A DNA stretch of 64,000 bases from IMG/VR virus record IMGVR_UViG_3300013121_000020, positions 64,001-128,000 of that record; one strand, given 5' to 3'. A model generated the notes under the pieces. The model had not been told where the DNA came from. It searched no databases and was given only the letters and a program-made list of their open reading frames with translations. Shown one piece after another: positions 27,141-36,863 of the stretch. The DNA comes from a virus (lineage: Duplodnaviria > Caudoviricetes). Every line of letters starts with the position of its first letter. Position 1 is the stretch's first letter. The position numbers and the translations under genes were made by a program.

Positions 27141-28750
27141 TGGCAGAGGAAACATTATTTGAATTACCAAACGCTCCAGATGAATTTGGAGTGGTTCTAC
27201 CTGCACCAAGTTTAAGAAGGCTTGATTTTAGTGGATTGGATTATACGACAGCACGTCGCGCAATTGTTGAGTATATTAAAACTTATTTTCCAGATGATTT
27301 TAACGATTTTATTGCCAGTAATGGTATTATGATGATTATGGAGATTATAGCAGCTACTACTGGAAAATTATCACTGCGTGGCGATATTTTAGCAAATGAG
27401 TCAACACTTCCAACATGTCAAACTGAAGAAGCTGCGATTAATCATCTTGCATTAATTAATCAACGTATTAAACGCCAAACTCCAGCGGTTGTTGATATTG
27501 AAATTAGTGTTGATCAACCAGTTTTTACTGATGTTGAAATTGAAGCTGGAACACTATTTTCAATTGCTGGTATTGATGGTTCGCAAGTTACATATGAAAT
27601 TTATCGTGCTCCTGGGGATTGGACTGGTAAAATTGTAATTCCAGCTGGTAAACGAGGTGTAATTGCTTATGGGTTGGAAGGGAAATTTGTTGCACCTGTG
27701 GTTATTACTAGTGCTGGTGGTGCGAATCAACGATACACAGTTCAAGATGTGAATATTCTTGAATCGCCTTTGTTTGTATCGATTACATTTGGCGATTCAG
27801 TTGAAGATTGGAGAGTTATTACTGAACCGATTGAACGTTATAGTGCTACTGATAGAGTTGTGGAAGTAAATTTTGTTGAGGATAAAGCTATTTTTAGATT
27901 TGGTGATGATGTGACTGGTCAGGCACCATTGTCCGGTTCACAAATTTCTATTCGATATCGTGTTGGTGGTGGAATTCGTGGTAGAATTGGTGTTGGGCAA
28001 ATTGACGCATCACGTCAAATTACACCATTACCACCAGCGAATGCGGCAGTGTCTGTGCGATTTCGGAATATTTCACCATCGTCTGGAGGTGTTGATCGTG
28101 AATCGTTGGAACAAGCGAAGCGTCGTGCGCCTCGCGATTTTGCATTGCAACGATCGATAGTGACTGCCGATGATTATGCACAAGCTGCGACTGCATTTTC
28201 ACATCCGGTGTTTGGGTCAATTGTTAAAGCGGTTGCGACAATTCGCACAGCTTTGAATGCTAATCGTGTTGAAATATACGCCTTAGCAGAAGGACCTGAT
28301 AGCCGTCCAGTTGCTCCAAATGTTGGTTTAAAAACTGGGTTGGCTACTTATTTTTCAGATTTAAATGTGCTTACAGATAGTGTCGTCGTGCTTGATGGTA
28401 TCATCAAACCTGTTGATATCGAAATGACAGTAATTGTTAGTCGCAACGCTGATGCTTCTGTAGTTAAAGAACGTGTAGAATCTATCATTGGACAGTTTTT
28501 CAATTTAAATAAATGGGAAATGGGTCATGCGTTTTATGTTTCAAATTTCATTGAGACAATAAAGACTATTGATGGTATATCATATATTGACTTATTGTCA
28601 CCATCAAATAATATTTTGCCGACTGGAAAAGAAGCTGATTCATCTGTTGATGGGGTTGGATTTAATGAACTGATAGTAGAAGGAAGCAGAAAGGTTAGTT
28701 ATTATTATGAGCGAAACCCTCCGCCAAGCGGTATTAGAAGTTCAAAATGA
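27140..28750 (+). CDS. baseplate wedge protein, gp6/J-like
   Basis: DFSGLDY, FRFGDD..G..P, YRVGGG.RG, GG.DRES..K.RAP..Q..IVTADDY. Confidence 0.9.
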   Translation: MAEETLFELPNAPDEFGVVLPAPSLRRLDFSGLDYTTARRAIVEYIKTYFPDDFNDFIASNGIMMIMEIIAATTGKLSLRGDILANESTLPTCQTEEAAINHLALINQRIKRQTPAVVDIEISVDQPVFTDVEIEAGTLFSIAGIDGSQVTYEIYRAPGDWTGKIVIPAGKRGVIAYGLEGKFVAPVVITSAGGANQRYTVQDVNILESPLFVSITFGDSVEDWRVITEPIERYSATDRVVEVNFVEDKAIFRFGDDVTGQAPLSGSQISIRYRVGGGIRGRIGVGQIDASRQITPLPPANAAVSVRFRNISPSSGGVDRESLEQAKRRAPRDFALQRSIVTADDYAQAATAFSHPVFGSIVKAVATIRTALNANRVEIYALAEGPDSRPVAPNVGLKTGLATYFSDLNVLTDSVVVLDGIIKPVDIEMTVIVSRNADASVVKERVESIIGQFFNLNKWEMGHAFYVSNFIETIKTIDGISYIDLLSPSNNILPTGKEADSSVDGVGFNELIVEGSRKVSYYYERNPPPSGIRSSK

Positions 28751-29129
28751 ATTGGCACAACCACTTTGGGAATCAAAATGTTGGGGTAAGGTGTGGCACC
28801 GATTTAATGATACATTATTGAATGAAAGTTTATTGCAAGTTAATAAGGGGTTTCGATGTTCAATTCATTATCATCAATATAGATTTAATTGTTTTATAAA
28901 TATAAGTGCAGTATTACAAATTGACACATTTGAAATGATAGATGCTACACCAATAATACAGTCAAGTAAAATTCTTAATGCTGGTGAAAGTTTAGTTATA
29001 AAACCAAAAGTTTGGCATTGTTTTCGTGTATTAGAATCTGGCACAGTAGCAGAATTATATTGGGCATCTGTTGGTCCGTGTCGCATTGATGATATTGTTA
29101 GATATGATATTGGTGGTTTGGATTGTTAG
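28707..29129 (+). CDS. cupin-fold protein (sugar isomerase-like)
   Basis: KCWGK, RCSIHYH, L.AGES..I.P.VWHCF, DDIVR. Confidence 0.7.
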   Translation: MSETLRQAVLEVQNELAQPLWESKCWGKVWHRFNDTLLNESLLQVNKGFRCSIHYHQYRFNCFINISAVLQIDTFEMIDATPIIQSSKILNAGESLVIKPKVWHCFRVLESGTVAELYWASVGPCRIDDIVRYDIGGLDC

Positions 29130-29145
29130 CATGTATTTGGATCAT

Positions 29146-29766
29146 ATGAGCACAAAAATTTATTTTGCGTGGCGTTGTAAGGATAATTGTTTTGATAGGT
29201 TTCTTCAATCTATTAGAGAGCATTGTTTTGCTATTGCTCGTAAAAAACTTAATCAATTATCAAATCATGTAAGTCAACAAGTTGTTGTAGATGAATATGT
29301 AAAAGATAAGAAATGTACTCTTAATGGTTTTATCAGAACGCATGGCCGTAGAATTCGTTTATATCATGCAATATATGATGTAACGTTGGAGAGTTATTCA
29401 TCGCGACGTAGTGATTTTTGTATAGATCTTGCATTGAATGTTTTTTATTATAATAAATATTTTTATGTTGTTCCGGTTGGTGAATCGTATATGTTTGCTG
29501 GGTTGAAGTTGGTTGATGGTGTTGAGAACTATGAATATTATAATAACACTGATAAACCACGTAATATTTCAACTAGACAATGGGCAAAGCGTGCGTCAAT
29601 ATGGGATGAATTAATTCGCAATTGGGATGCGTTTCGTATGGTGCATACGATCATTGAATGTAAAACTGGTATTGGTGTATATGAGATAACTGAAGGTTTG
29701 GTGCGAGATGCACATCGTTGGGCAGTATATTTAGGATGCAAGGATGCTGTTTTTAACAAGTCTTGA
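29146..29766 (+). CDS. hypothetical protein
   Basis: MSTKIY start, YEYYNNTDKP motif; start could also be 29131. Confidence 0.6.
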   Translation: MSTKIYFAWRCKDNCFDRFLQSIREHCFAIARKKLNQLSNHVSQQVVVDEYVKDKKCTLNGFIRTHGRRIRLYHAIYDVTLESYSSRRSDFCIDLALNVFYYNKYFYVVPVGESYMFAGLKLVDGVENYEYYNNTDKPRNISTRQWAKRASIWDELIRNWDAFRMVHTIIECKTGIGVYEITEGLVRDAHRWAVYLGCKDAVFNKS

Positions 29767-29768
29767 TA

Positions 29769-30092
29769 TCACACTTCAAGTTCTGCACCGAGTTTTTCTT
29801 TTAGGCTTCGTAAGAGCCTTGTGAGCATGACCGCCACGTCATATTCGTGACCGCGCATGAACACGAGCGGGCCGTTTCCTTGCGGGTGGATCGCTATAGC
29901 TACAGCCGTGTTTATGCCTTGGGTTTCACATGCCTCGCCGAATCCATTCATAGTGACAGCGAACTGCTTGTCAAAAATGTCTGGGTGATGGTCGTTAGCT
30001 GTTGTTTGTGCACTTTCATTGGGTTTCGCCGAATCTTCTGTGAGAGTGCGTTCAGCTTTGGTCTTGATCGGGGGTGTGGTGTTGTTAGCCAC
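29769..30092 (-). CDS. hypothetical protein
   Basis: GTG 30092 with AAGGAG SD; locally higher GC. Confidence 0.6.
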   Translation of the reverse strand: MANNTTPPIKTKAERTLTEDSAKPNESAQTTANDHHPDIFDKQFAVTMNGFGEACETQGINTAVAIAIHPQGNGPLVFMRGHEYDVAVMLTRLLRSLKEKLGAELEV

Positions 30093-30117
30093 TGTTGCTC
30101 CTTGTATTGATAACCAC

Positions 30118-30792
30118 ATGCTGGAACGTTCACGTCTTGACGATGGCCAGATTAAAGCAGTCTGGTTGTGGTGCTCTGAGGCTTATTTACGCCATGGGCG
30201 GAAGTTAAATTTTCCCAAAGGAACTGACCCATCTAAAACATATCAATGGCGTTATGTTGTGGCGATTGCTAAGAAGTTTGATGAGTGGGGTTTTGATGAG
30301 CAAACAGCACAACGATTTTTAGATATTGCTGTGCGTTATGCAAAACAATCTAAAACCATGCAGAAAGGTCTGGCAATATTTTTTCAGAGCAATATTCTTA
30401 ATATTTGTTATGAAAAATTGCAGGCTGAACTGAATGACAATTCGCAAACTCTTAGCATGCTTCGACATATCCGTGGTTGGTTATGGCGTAAAACTGGTTC
30501 AAATCCATTGTTGGAAACGTTGTTAAAACGTGAAGTTGATGATGGATTTTGTAATTTGTCGATGTGGTATCACGCATCCAGAATTTCTCCATTATTTTTG
30601 GCGTTGTCAAGAGCGTGTGCACAAAGTTTGGCTAGATTGAATGTTGATTATCCAACAGAACGCGAACTACTCCCACCACAAACTACATTATACCTCATAC
30701 GAGATGAATTCCTACGCGGCGACGTGAATAATCTCGTGCAAGCTCGCGAAATCTTCGCGAATGATTGGAGAGAACCTTGTCTACTACCATGA
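30118..30792 (+). CDS. hypothetical protein in the replication cluster
   Basis: ATG 30118; stop overlaps the RNR start (ATGA). Confidence 0.6.
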   Translation: MLERSRLDDGQIKAVWLWCSEAYLRHGRKLNFPKGTDPSKTYQWRYVVAIAKKFDEWGFDEQTAQRFLDIAVRYAKQSKTMQKGLAIFFQSNILNICYEKLQAELNDNSQTLSMLRHIRGWLWRKTGSNPLLETLLKREVDDGFCNLSMWYHASRISPLFLALSRACAQSLARLNVDYPTERELLPPQTTLYLIRDEFLRGDVNNLVQAREIFANDWREPCLLP

Positions 30793-33062
30793 TCAAACCA
30801 ACAATCGAGCAAACTGTGACTAAGAATAAGAGAATTAAACCAAGTCTCTATACTGTTCCAGACGGTATGCCTTTATCGGTTTTTAATGATCGGTATGCGA
30901 GAAATGATAATAACGGCAAATTGCAAGGGTTTGCTGATAGAATGCGTGAGATGGTGATTGGAAATACGTCATTAGATAAGCGAATTTCACGCGCTGAAAT
31001 TGATGAGCTTACTGATTATGCTCTTGCTGGTATTGTGCCAATGTCTGGTCGACATATCCAACATGGCGATAAAGATCAACCATCAAAGAATATTGAAGTC
31101 TTCACAAATTGTGCAACTTCAGCGTTTTCATTTGTTAATTTTTATTTGCTGTTGAATGGAAGCGGAGTTGGTCGTGATTATTCATCAGAAAGTTGCCGTG
31201 TTGATTGGGAATATATGCCAAATGTTCGGCTTGTGTTGAATGGTGGTCCAGATGACGATGGTGATGTGACGAAAGGCGCACATCCAGATTTTAAAACAGC
31301 TTTTAACGAGTTTACTGCCGGATTTGATAGTTTAAAAGAAGCGAATCATAAATATGATTCTGAATCAGAAGATGTTCGGTGGATCTCTGTTAGAGACAGC
31401 AGAGAAGGTTGGGCAGAAGTAATCGCGACATTGGAAACAGCAGCATTTCATAAAAATCACCGCGAATCGTTGTTCATTTTTGATTTTTCTAACGTGCGTG
31501 GTCGTGGATCGCCAATTAAAGGAATGCAAGATCGTCCCGCACAAGGGCCAATTCCTTTGATGCGTGCCGTTTTGAAGATGACATCAATTAAAGGCACAAA
31601 AATGAAGCCATGGAAACAGGCTTTATTTATTGACCATTTCTTAGCGACAATTGTTGCGGTTGGTGATATTCGTCGTGCTGCGCGTATGGCTACTAAGAAT
31701 TGGCGTGATCGTGATATTATTGAATTTATTGATATTAAACGTGGTGGGTTTTTGTGGTCAGCGAATAATTCAATACTTGTTGATGATGAATTTTGGAAAC
31801 AAGCATCAGATCCGAAGCCAAGTCATGGAAGAAGGGTGTTTGAGGCAGCGGTTGGGGCCGCTTATTATGATAAGACTGGCGAACCAGGATTTATAAATAC
31901 ACATAAGTTGAATTCTAATTGTGATGGAATGGATAATATAACATCAGATAATTATTTTAATAAGTCGTATGATTTACGATTGCATCCGAAAACTTATGAA
32001 ATGATTGATAGGACATTGAATGTTCTTAAGAAGTCAGCACAACGATTTATAACAAATCCTTGCGGTGAAATTGTATTGGCGAAATATGGTGGTTATTGTG
32101 TGATCGGCGATGTTGTTTTGAGTAGGTCACCATCTTTGGATGCATCACGACGTGCGGTTGCATTAACAACTCGTGCGTTGATACGAACAAATTTGATGAA
32201 TGCGTTATATCAATCAGAAGTTGATAGAACTAATCGAATTGGGGTTGGCATCACCGGAATTTTTGAGTATGCGTGGAAACATTTCAAATTGTCATTTCAA
32301 GATTTGATTAGTGTTTATGATCACATAGTGCATGGAGATATGCTTGACAATAGTCCTGCTATGGATTTTTGGACACATATTGATGATCTTCGCAATGTCG
32401 TGCATAATGAGGCTAAAAGTTATTCAACACAATTGGGTCGCCAGATTCCACACACCATGACAACTATTAAACCTTCTGGAACCATTAGTAAAGTGATGGC
32501 GTGCACAGAAGGTGCTCATTTACCACCATATTTGTATTATATTAGGTGGGTAATTTGTCAGAAGAATAGTACAAAGCATGCTGATTATGTAAATCGTGGA
32601 TATCCAGTTAAAGACGTATCACATCAATATCATGGATGTGTGGTGGTTGGGTTTCCAACAAAACATCCGATATGTGATATAGTTCCAGAAGATAAATTAG
32701 TAACAGCCAGTGATGTTTCAATAGAAGATCAGTTTAAGTGGGTGTTCTTGATCGAAAAGTTTTGGTTTGGTAATGATGGCGTCAACAATCAAGTGTCGTA
32801 TACTATGAAATACGATCAAGAGATGACATCTCTTGATCGATACAGTGCACTTATTTTGGAATGGCAACAAAAAGTGAGATGTTGTTCGGTAATGCCATTC
32901 ACTGATAAGTCGGCATATGCTTACCTTCCGGAAGAAAAGATTGATCGAGAAACATATGAAATTTTATGCAGTAAATTGGTGAGAGCGAAAGAGGAAGATT
33001 ATGATGAATCATCATTGTTGTGCGAAAATGGTGCATGTCCGACTGAACAAAAAATAAGATGA
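30789..33062 (+). CDS. nrdJ: class II (B12-dependent) ribonucleotide reductase
   Basis: FTNC, LLLNGSGVG, DSREGW, RRAARM, TNPCGEI, TTIKPSGT, C-terminal CENGACP; no beta subunit adjacent. Confidence 0.85.
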   Translation: MIKPTIEQTVTKNKRIKPSLYTVPDGMPLSVFNDRYARNDNNGKLQGFADRMREMVIGNTSLDKRISRAEIDELTDYALAGIVPMSGRHIQHGDKDQPSKNIEVFTNCATSAFSFVNFYLLLNGSGVGRDYSSESCRVDWEYMPNVRLVLNGGPDDDGDVTKGAHPDFKTAFNEFTAGFDSLKEANHKYDSESEDVRWISVRDSREGWAEVIATLETAAFHKNHRESLFIFDFSNVRGRGSPIKGMQDRPAQGPIPLMRAVLKMTSIKGTKMKPWKQALFIDHFLATIVAVGDIRRAARMATKNWRDRDIIEFIDIKRGGFLWSANNSILVDDEFWKQASDPKPSHGRRVFEAAVGAAYYDKTGEPGFINTHKLNSNCDGMDNITSDNYFNKSYDLRLHPKTYEMIDRTLNVLKKSAQRFITNPCGEIVLAKYGGYCVIGDVVLSRSPSLDASRRAVALTTRALIRTNLMNALYQSEVDRTNRIGVGITGIFEYAWKHFKLSFQDLISVYDHIVHGDMLDNSPAMDFWTHIDDLRNVVHNEAKSYSTQLGRQIPHTMTTIKPSGTISKVMACTEGAHLPPYLYYIRWVICQKNSTKHADYVNRGYPVKDVSHQYHGCVVVGFPTKHPICDIVPEDKLVTASDVSIEDQFKWVFLIEKFWFGNDGVNNQVSYTMKYDQEMTSLDRYSALILEWQQKVRCCSVMPFTDKSAYAYLPEEKIDRETYEILCSKLVRAKEEDYDESSLLCENGACPTEQKIR

Positions 33063-33065
33063 TTT

Positions 33066-33107
33066 TTATTGCCCTCAATAATGTATTTATATTATTGAGG
33101 GCAATAA
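33066..33107 (+). promoter_or_regulatory. 17-bp perfect hairpin covering the helicase SD, with GTATT in the loop
   Basis: TTATTGCCCTCAATAAT-GTATTTAT-ATTATTGAGGGCAATAA, ending just before ATG 33109. Confidence 0.7.
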
Positions 33108-33108
33108 C

Positions 33109-34716
33109 ATGCGCGCAATAGTTGCTGACAACCAATGGATATATTTTGATAATATCACAGACGCTGAAGAAGATGTACTTTGGCGTGAATTTAGTGTTGT
33201 TCGGCCTGGAATGTATGTTGACCCAAATCAACGAGGTAATTGGGATGGAATTTATAGAAAATATAATCGTAATAAGAAAAGAATAGCTAGACCATTATTA
33301 TCTATGTTACGTGGAATATGTAAGAAAAACAATCTTCCGTTATCGATTATAGACCAAAGGGACCCATGGTCATACACTATAATTCCAGTTGCTGAAATAT
33401 GTGATAATTTTTTACCGGGTATTGTTTTAGAGAATTATCAAATTGAGTGTATTCGTAAAGCAACTCAAACAGAATGTGGTATTATAGATATTCCAACTGG
33501 TGGTGGAAAAGGTGAATTAATAGCTGGCATTTGTAAAGCGATAGAATGCCCTACATTAATTTTAGCAGATCAGAGAGTGGTAATCGATCAACTTAAAACA
33601 CGTCTTGAACTTCGTGATGTTACAGATGAAGTTGGACTTTTTTATGCTGGTAAACGGCCGAATAATCAACTTATTATTGTTGGTTCTATTCAATCATTGA
33701 CACCACCTAGTAAGCCACCAGATGTGCCGTCTCAAAAGCCAACAGAAAGTGAGAAAGAATTTAATATAAGGATTGGGCGGTGGGATAAATTATTTAAAGC
33801 TTATAAAACTCGCAAGGCGAACGCAAAATATTTGCAACAATATGTTAAAAATGTTGAAATGTTGATTGTTGATGAGTGTGATAAAGCGGTTTCAGAGCCG
33901 TGGAAATATTTATTTCGACATTATTTTAATGGTCGTCGTCGATATGGACTATCTGGCACCCCATTTGATGTGGCAAAACCTGTTGAAGCTATGGTAATGC
34001 AAGAACATTTGGGTAGTGTTATATTTAAAGAAACACGCGAACATTTAGCAAAATTGGGTAGAATTATTACATGTGAATATTATATGTTGGCATGTGGGTT
34101 AGATGGTAGCATTAATGAGGCATCTACATATGATATAGCATATAATGAACATATAACAGAAAGTGTGAAATTTCATCAGATGATTGCTAAACTTTGTAAG
34201 AAAAGTAAAAAAGAAGATGGTGATGGAACGTTAATTTTAGTTGATCGAGAAGCTCTTGGTTGGAAATTAGAAGAAGCAATTCGTGCGTGTGGGTTAACTG
34301 CGAATTTTATTTTTGGTAAGACTCCTCAACGTAAACGCGATACGACATTGCGTGCGTTTGAACGCCGTGAGATTGACGTTTTAATTGGTGGTAAGATTAT
34401 AAATCGTGGTTTGGATTTGAAAGGAGGATGTGAAACGTTAATAATAGCTACAGGTGGTAAATTACAGTCTGATTTTATTCAAAAAATTGGTCGTGCGTTG
34501 CGTCATAATCGTCATGGTAAGAGTAAGATTTTTGATTTTTTCTTTCGATGTAATAGATATCTTTATGACCATTCAAAGGCAAGACTTAAAACAATGGTCG
34601 GTGTTGGATATCCAACTCATGTTGTTTTTCCTGGTGGAAGTATAAATGGTTCTGAACTTATAAAAAGTCGATTTCAAATCAAGAAGAAATTACTTATTTC
34701 GTCATCAAATTCTTAA
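33109..34716 (+). CDS. uvsW: SF2 DNA helicase, UvsW-like
   Basis: PTGGGKG (Walker A), VDECD, GLSGTP, GLDL, QKIGRALR. Confidence 0.85.
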   Translation: MRAIVADNQWIYFDNITDAEEDVLWREFSVVRPGMYVDPNQRGNWDGIYRKYNRNKKRIARPLLSMLRGICKKNNLPLSIIDQRDPWSYTIIPVAEICDNFLPGIVLENYQIECIRKATQTECGIIDIPTGGGKGELIAGICKAIECPTLILADQRVVIDQLKTRLELRDVTDEVGLFYAGKRPNNQLIIVGSIQSLTPPSKPPDVPSQKPTESEKEFNIRIGRWDKLFKAYKTRKANAKYLQQYVKNVEMLIVDECDKAVSEPWKYLFRHYFNGRRRYGLSGTPFDVAKPVEAMVMQEHLGSVIFKETREHLAKLGRIITCEYYMLACGLDGSINEASTYDIAYNEHITESVKFHQMIAKLCKKSKKEDGDGTLILVDREALGWKLEEAIRACGLTANFIFGKTPQRKRDTTLRAFERREIDVLIGGKIINRGLDLKGGCETLIIATGGKLQSDFIQKIGRALRHNRHGKSKIFDFFFRCNRYLYDHSKARLKTMVGVGYPTHVVFPGGSINGSELIKSRFQIKKKLLISSSNS

Positions 34717-34799
34717 AATGTTTGTTTAATCGATAACTTGGTTGTTTGTCGTTGTCTTACATATCGCTAAGTACGAAAAGATAGCGATGTGGAGGATAT

Positions 34800-35750
34800 A
34801 TGACAGAAGAATCAAAAGTATTAATTGAATCTACTCCAGATGTAGAATCAATTGTGCCTATGAAGAAATTGTATTTTATTAATGAAGAAGTTGAATGGAG
34901 GTTAACACAATATATTTGGACTGGATGTACAAAAGTTGAACTTCGTGACCAAATTATGAGTCACGCTACAGAATTAATTCGTCAGATTATTAGAAAACAA
35001 GGTTTGCATACAATATATCCAGGACAAGAAGATTCAGCGTTTGGTGATCTTCTCCAAACAGCGTGGGTGCAAATAGAAAGAACACTCTATAAATATCGCG
35101 CACGACCACATTGTCGCATATGCTTCAATGTTGATCGCCCATCAGATTCTTGTCTATATGGACCGCAAGATAGAGAATATGGTATAAAGACATTGTCAGA
35201 TGTTATTGCAATGTATAAAAATCGTAAATGTCCGCATTGTGGCACTGTTTTGTATGCATCGCCGATGATTGAGCCAAGACAAGGATGTTATGGTGGTTCT
35301 ACAACCATTCTATATCGTGGCATGTCAAAAGTGTTTAATATGTGGAGCCAAATTGCTCGCACTGTCATTTTAGCATTCATAAAAAAAGAAGGTCGTGATC
35401 GTAAGAATTCTTCATCTTATAGTAATCATCTTGGTACAAAAGGCCGTCCAATTAGTGGAATTTTAATAAGATTTTTAGATGAATTAAAGGAACTGTGGCG
35501 ATATCATGATGATCATTTAAAAATAATTGATGCAATAGCATGGTTATTTCAATATGATGAACGACCACATGATGGTATTATTGGTAAATTAGTAAGTAAG
35601 ACTGGGTTATCTCGTGCAGTTGTGACAAATTTTATTCAATTAACAAAATTGCGTAGTATTGAATTATCAGATTCAAATATTAATCGTGGGTCTGATGAAA
35701 TAAAAATAGACCGCCGTAAGGCGACTGCTGATTTTGAAGATGATAATTAA
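34800..35750 (+). CDS. phage sigma factor, gp55-like late sigma, with a Cys-rich insertion
   Basis: LYFINEEVE N-terminus, DLLQTAW, KVFNMWSQIARTVILAFIKKE (region 2-like); located upstream of the terminases. Confidence 0.55.
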   Translation: MTEESKVLIESTPDVESIVPMKKLYFINEEVEWRLTQYIWTGCTKVELRDQIMSHATELIRQIIRKQGLHTIYPGQEDSAFGDLLQTAWVQIERTLYKYRARPHCRICFNVDRPSDSCLYGPQDREYGIKTLSDVIAMYKNRKCPHCGTVLYASPMIEPRQGCYGGSTTILYRGMSKVFNMWSQIARTVILAFIKKEGRDRKNSSSYSNHLGTKGRPISGILIRFLDELKELWRYHDDHLKIIDAIAWLFQYDERPHDGIIGKLVSKTGLSRAVVTNFIQLTKLRSIELSDSNINRGSDEIKIDRRKATADFEDDN

Positions 35751-35764
35751 ACAAACTTTATAAT

Positions 35765-36271
35765 ATGATTACATCAAAACAACAAGAATTTGACACTGCG
35801 CTGCATTCAATCTTAAATAAGATTGATGCTGGGATTGTCACTTGTGAAGATTTTAATGGTTTAATTAATAAAACCATAATCGGTGAAACTTCACCAGAAG
35901 CAGTGCGCGATAGAGTACGTCGTCGTACTATTCGCAATGCTACTGATTCGCATATTGACTCTGAAACTGGGCATCAATCACTCACTCTTCCGTCGTTTGC
36001 GGATCGTGTGCAGCCAAAACGCAAACCACGTCATCAACAAAACCATGGGCGTGCGCGTATAGCACACGCACACAGCATACGCACACAGCAATCTAAAATT
36101 AATGATGCTGTTGAATTTATACGTAAATATCAAGGATCGTTGGTTACTGAAGAAATGTTAGAAGGAGTTGATAAAGGATTGTTGCGTAAATTGGTTGTGC
36201 GATTAATGTCACATCCACATACCAATCGTGACTGGTTATATGAATTATCTCGTAAATTGGATAAATCATGA
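35765..36271 (+). CDS. hypothetical protein in the head cluster
   Basis: 168 aa, coupled to the next gene. Confidence 0.6.
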   Translation: MITSKQQEFDTALHSILNKIDAGIVTCEDFNGLINKTIIGETSPEAVRDRVRRRTIRNATDSHIDSETGHQSLTLPSFADRVQPKRKPRHQQNHGRARIAHAHSIRTQQSKINDAVEFIRKYQGSLVTEEMLEGVDKGLLRKLVVRLMSHPHTNRDWLYELSRKLDKS

Positions 36272-36861
36272 ATGAAACAGACGATCCATTTCTAAACGAA
36301 ATGGATGATGAAATGCGTGATTTGCTTGAAAAATTAGATGAAAATACCGATGATCAATCACCACCATTTCAACTTGAAACTGAAGTTTCGCAGCTTCCAT
36401 CAGTAGATGAATTAAAACCATCAGATGTTAGGAAGATTAGTTATCAACCTCCACCAGAACCTGTGGTAGTGGAGGTTGAACCGCCAATTGTTGATATGCG
36501 AAAGCAGTTTGAGCAATTAGAAGAAATCACCAATGAGATATTACAAGGAGCAAGATCGGATAGACAAGAAACTCAAGACGCTATTGTATTATTACGAGGT
36601 CAAATTGACCTATCTATTAAAAATGGTGGTAATCCAGCACGTATGTATGTTGATAATCTGGTAAAAGCATTAGAAGTTAAAGCCCAAATCAATATTACAG
36701 CAGTTAAAGCGATAGAAGCAAAAGCCAAGATGCTTGCTGCTACTAAGGCTGGCACCGTAATTAATAATCAGATAACAAACGCAAATGCAAATATTGCAAA
36801 TTCTGACAAACATTTAATAGATATATTAGCAGAGCCATTGCGATCTGAGGATGAATATTAA
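36268..36861 (+). CDS. probable terminase small subunit
   Basis: helical core and TVINNQITN tail; directly upstream of the large terminase. Confidence 0.6.
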   Translation: MNETDDPFLNEMDDEMRDLLEKLDENTDDQSPPFQLETEVSQLPSVDELKPSDVRKISYQPPPEPVVVEVEPPIVDMRKQFEQLEEITNEILQGARSDRQETQDAIVLLRGQIDLSIKNGGNPARMYVDNLVKALEVKAQINITAVKAIEAKAKMLAATKAGTVINNQITNANANIANSDKHLIDILAEPLRSEDEY

Positions 36862-36863
36862 TA

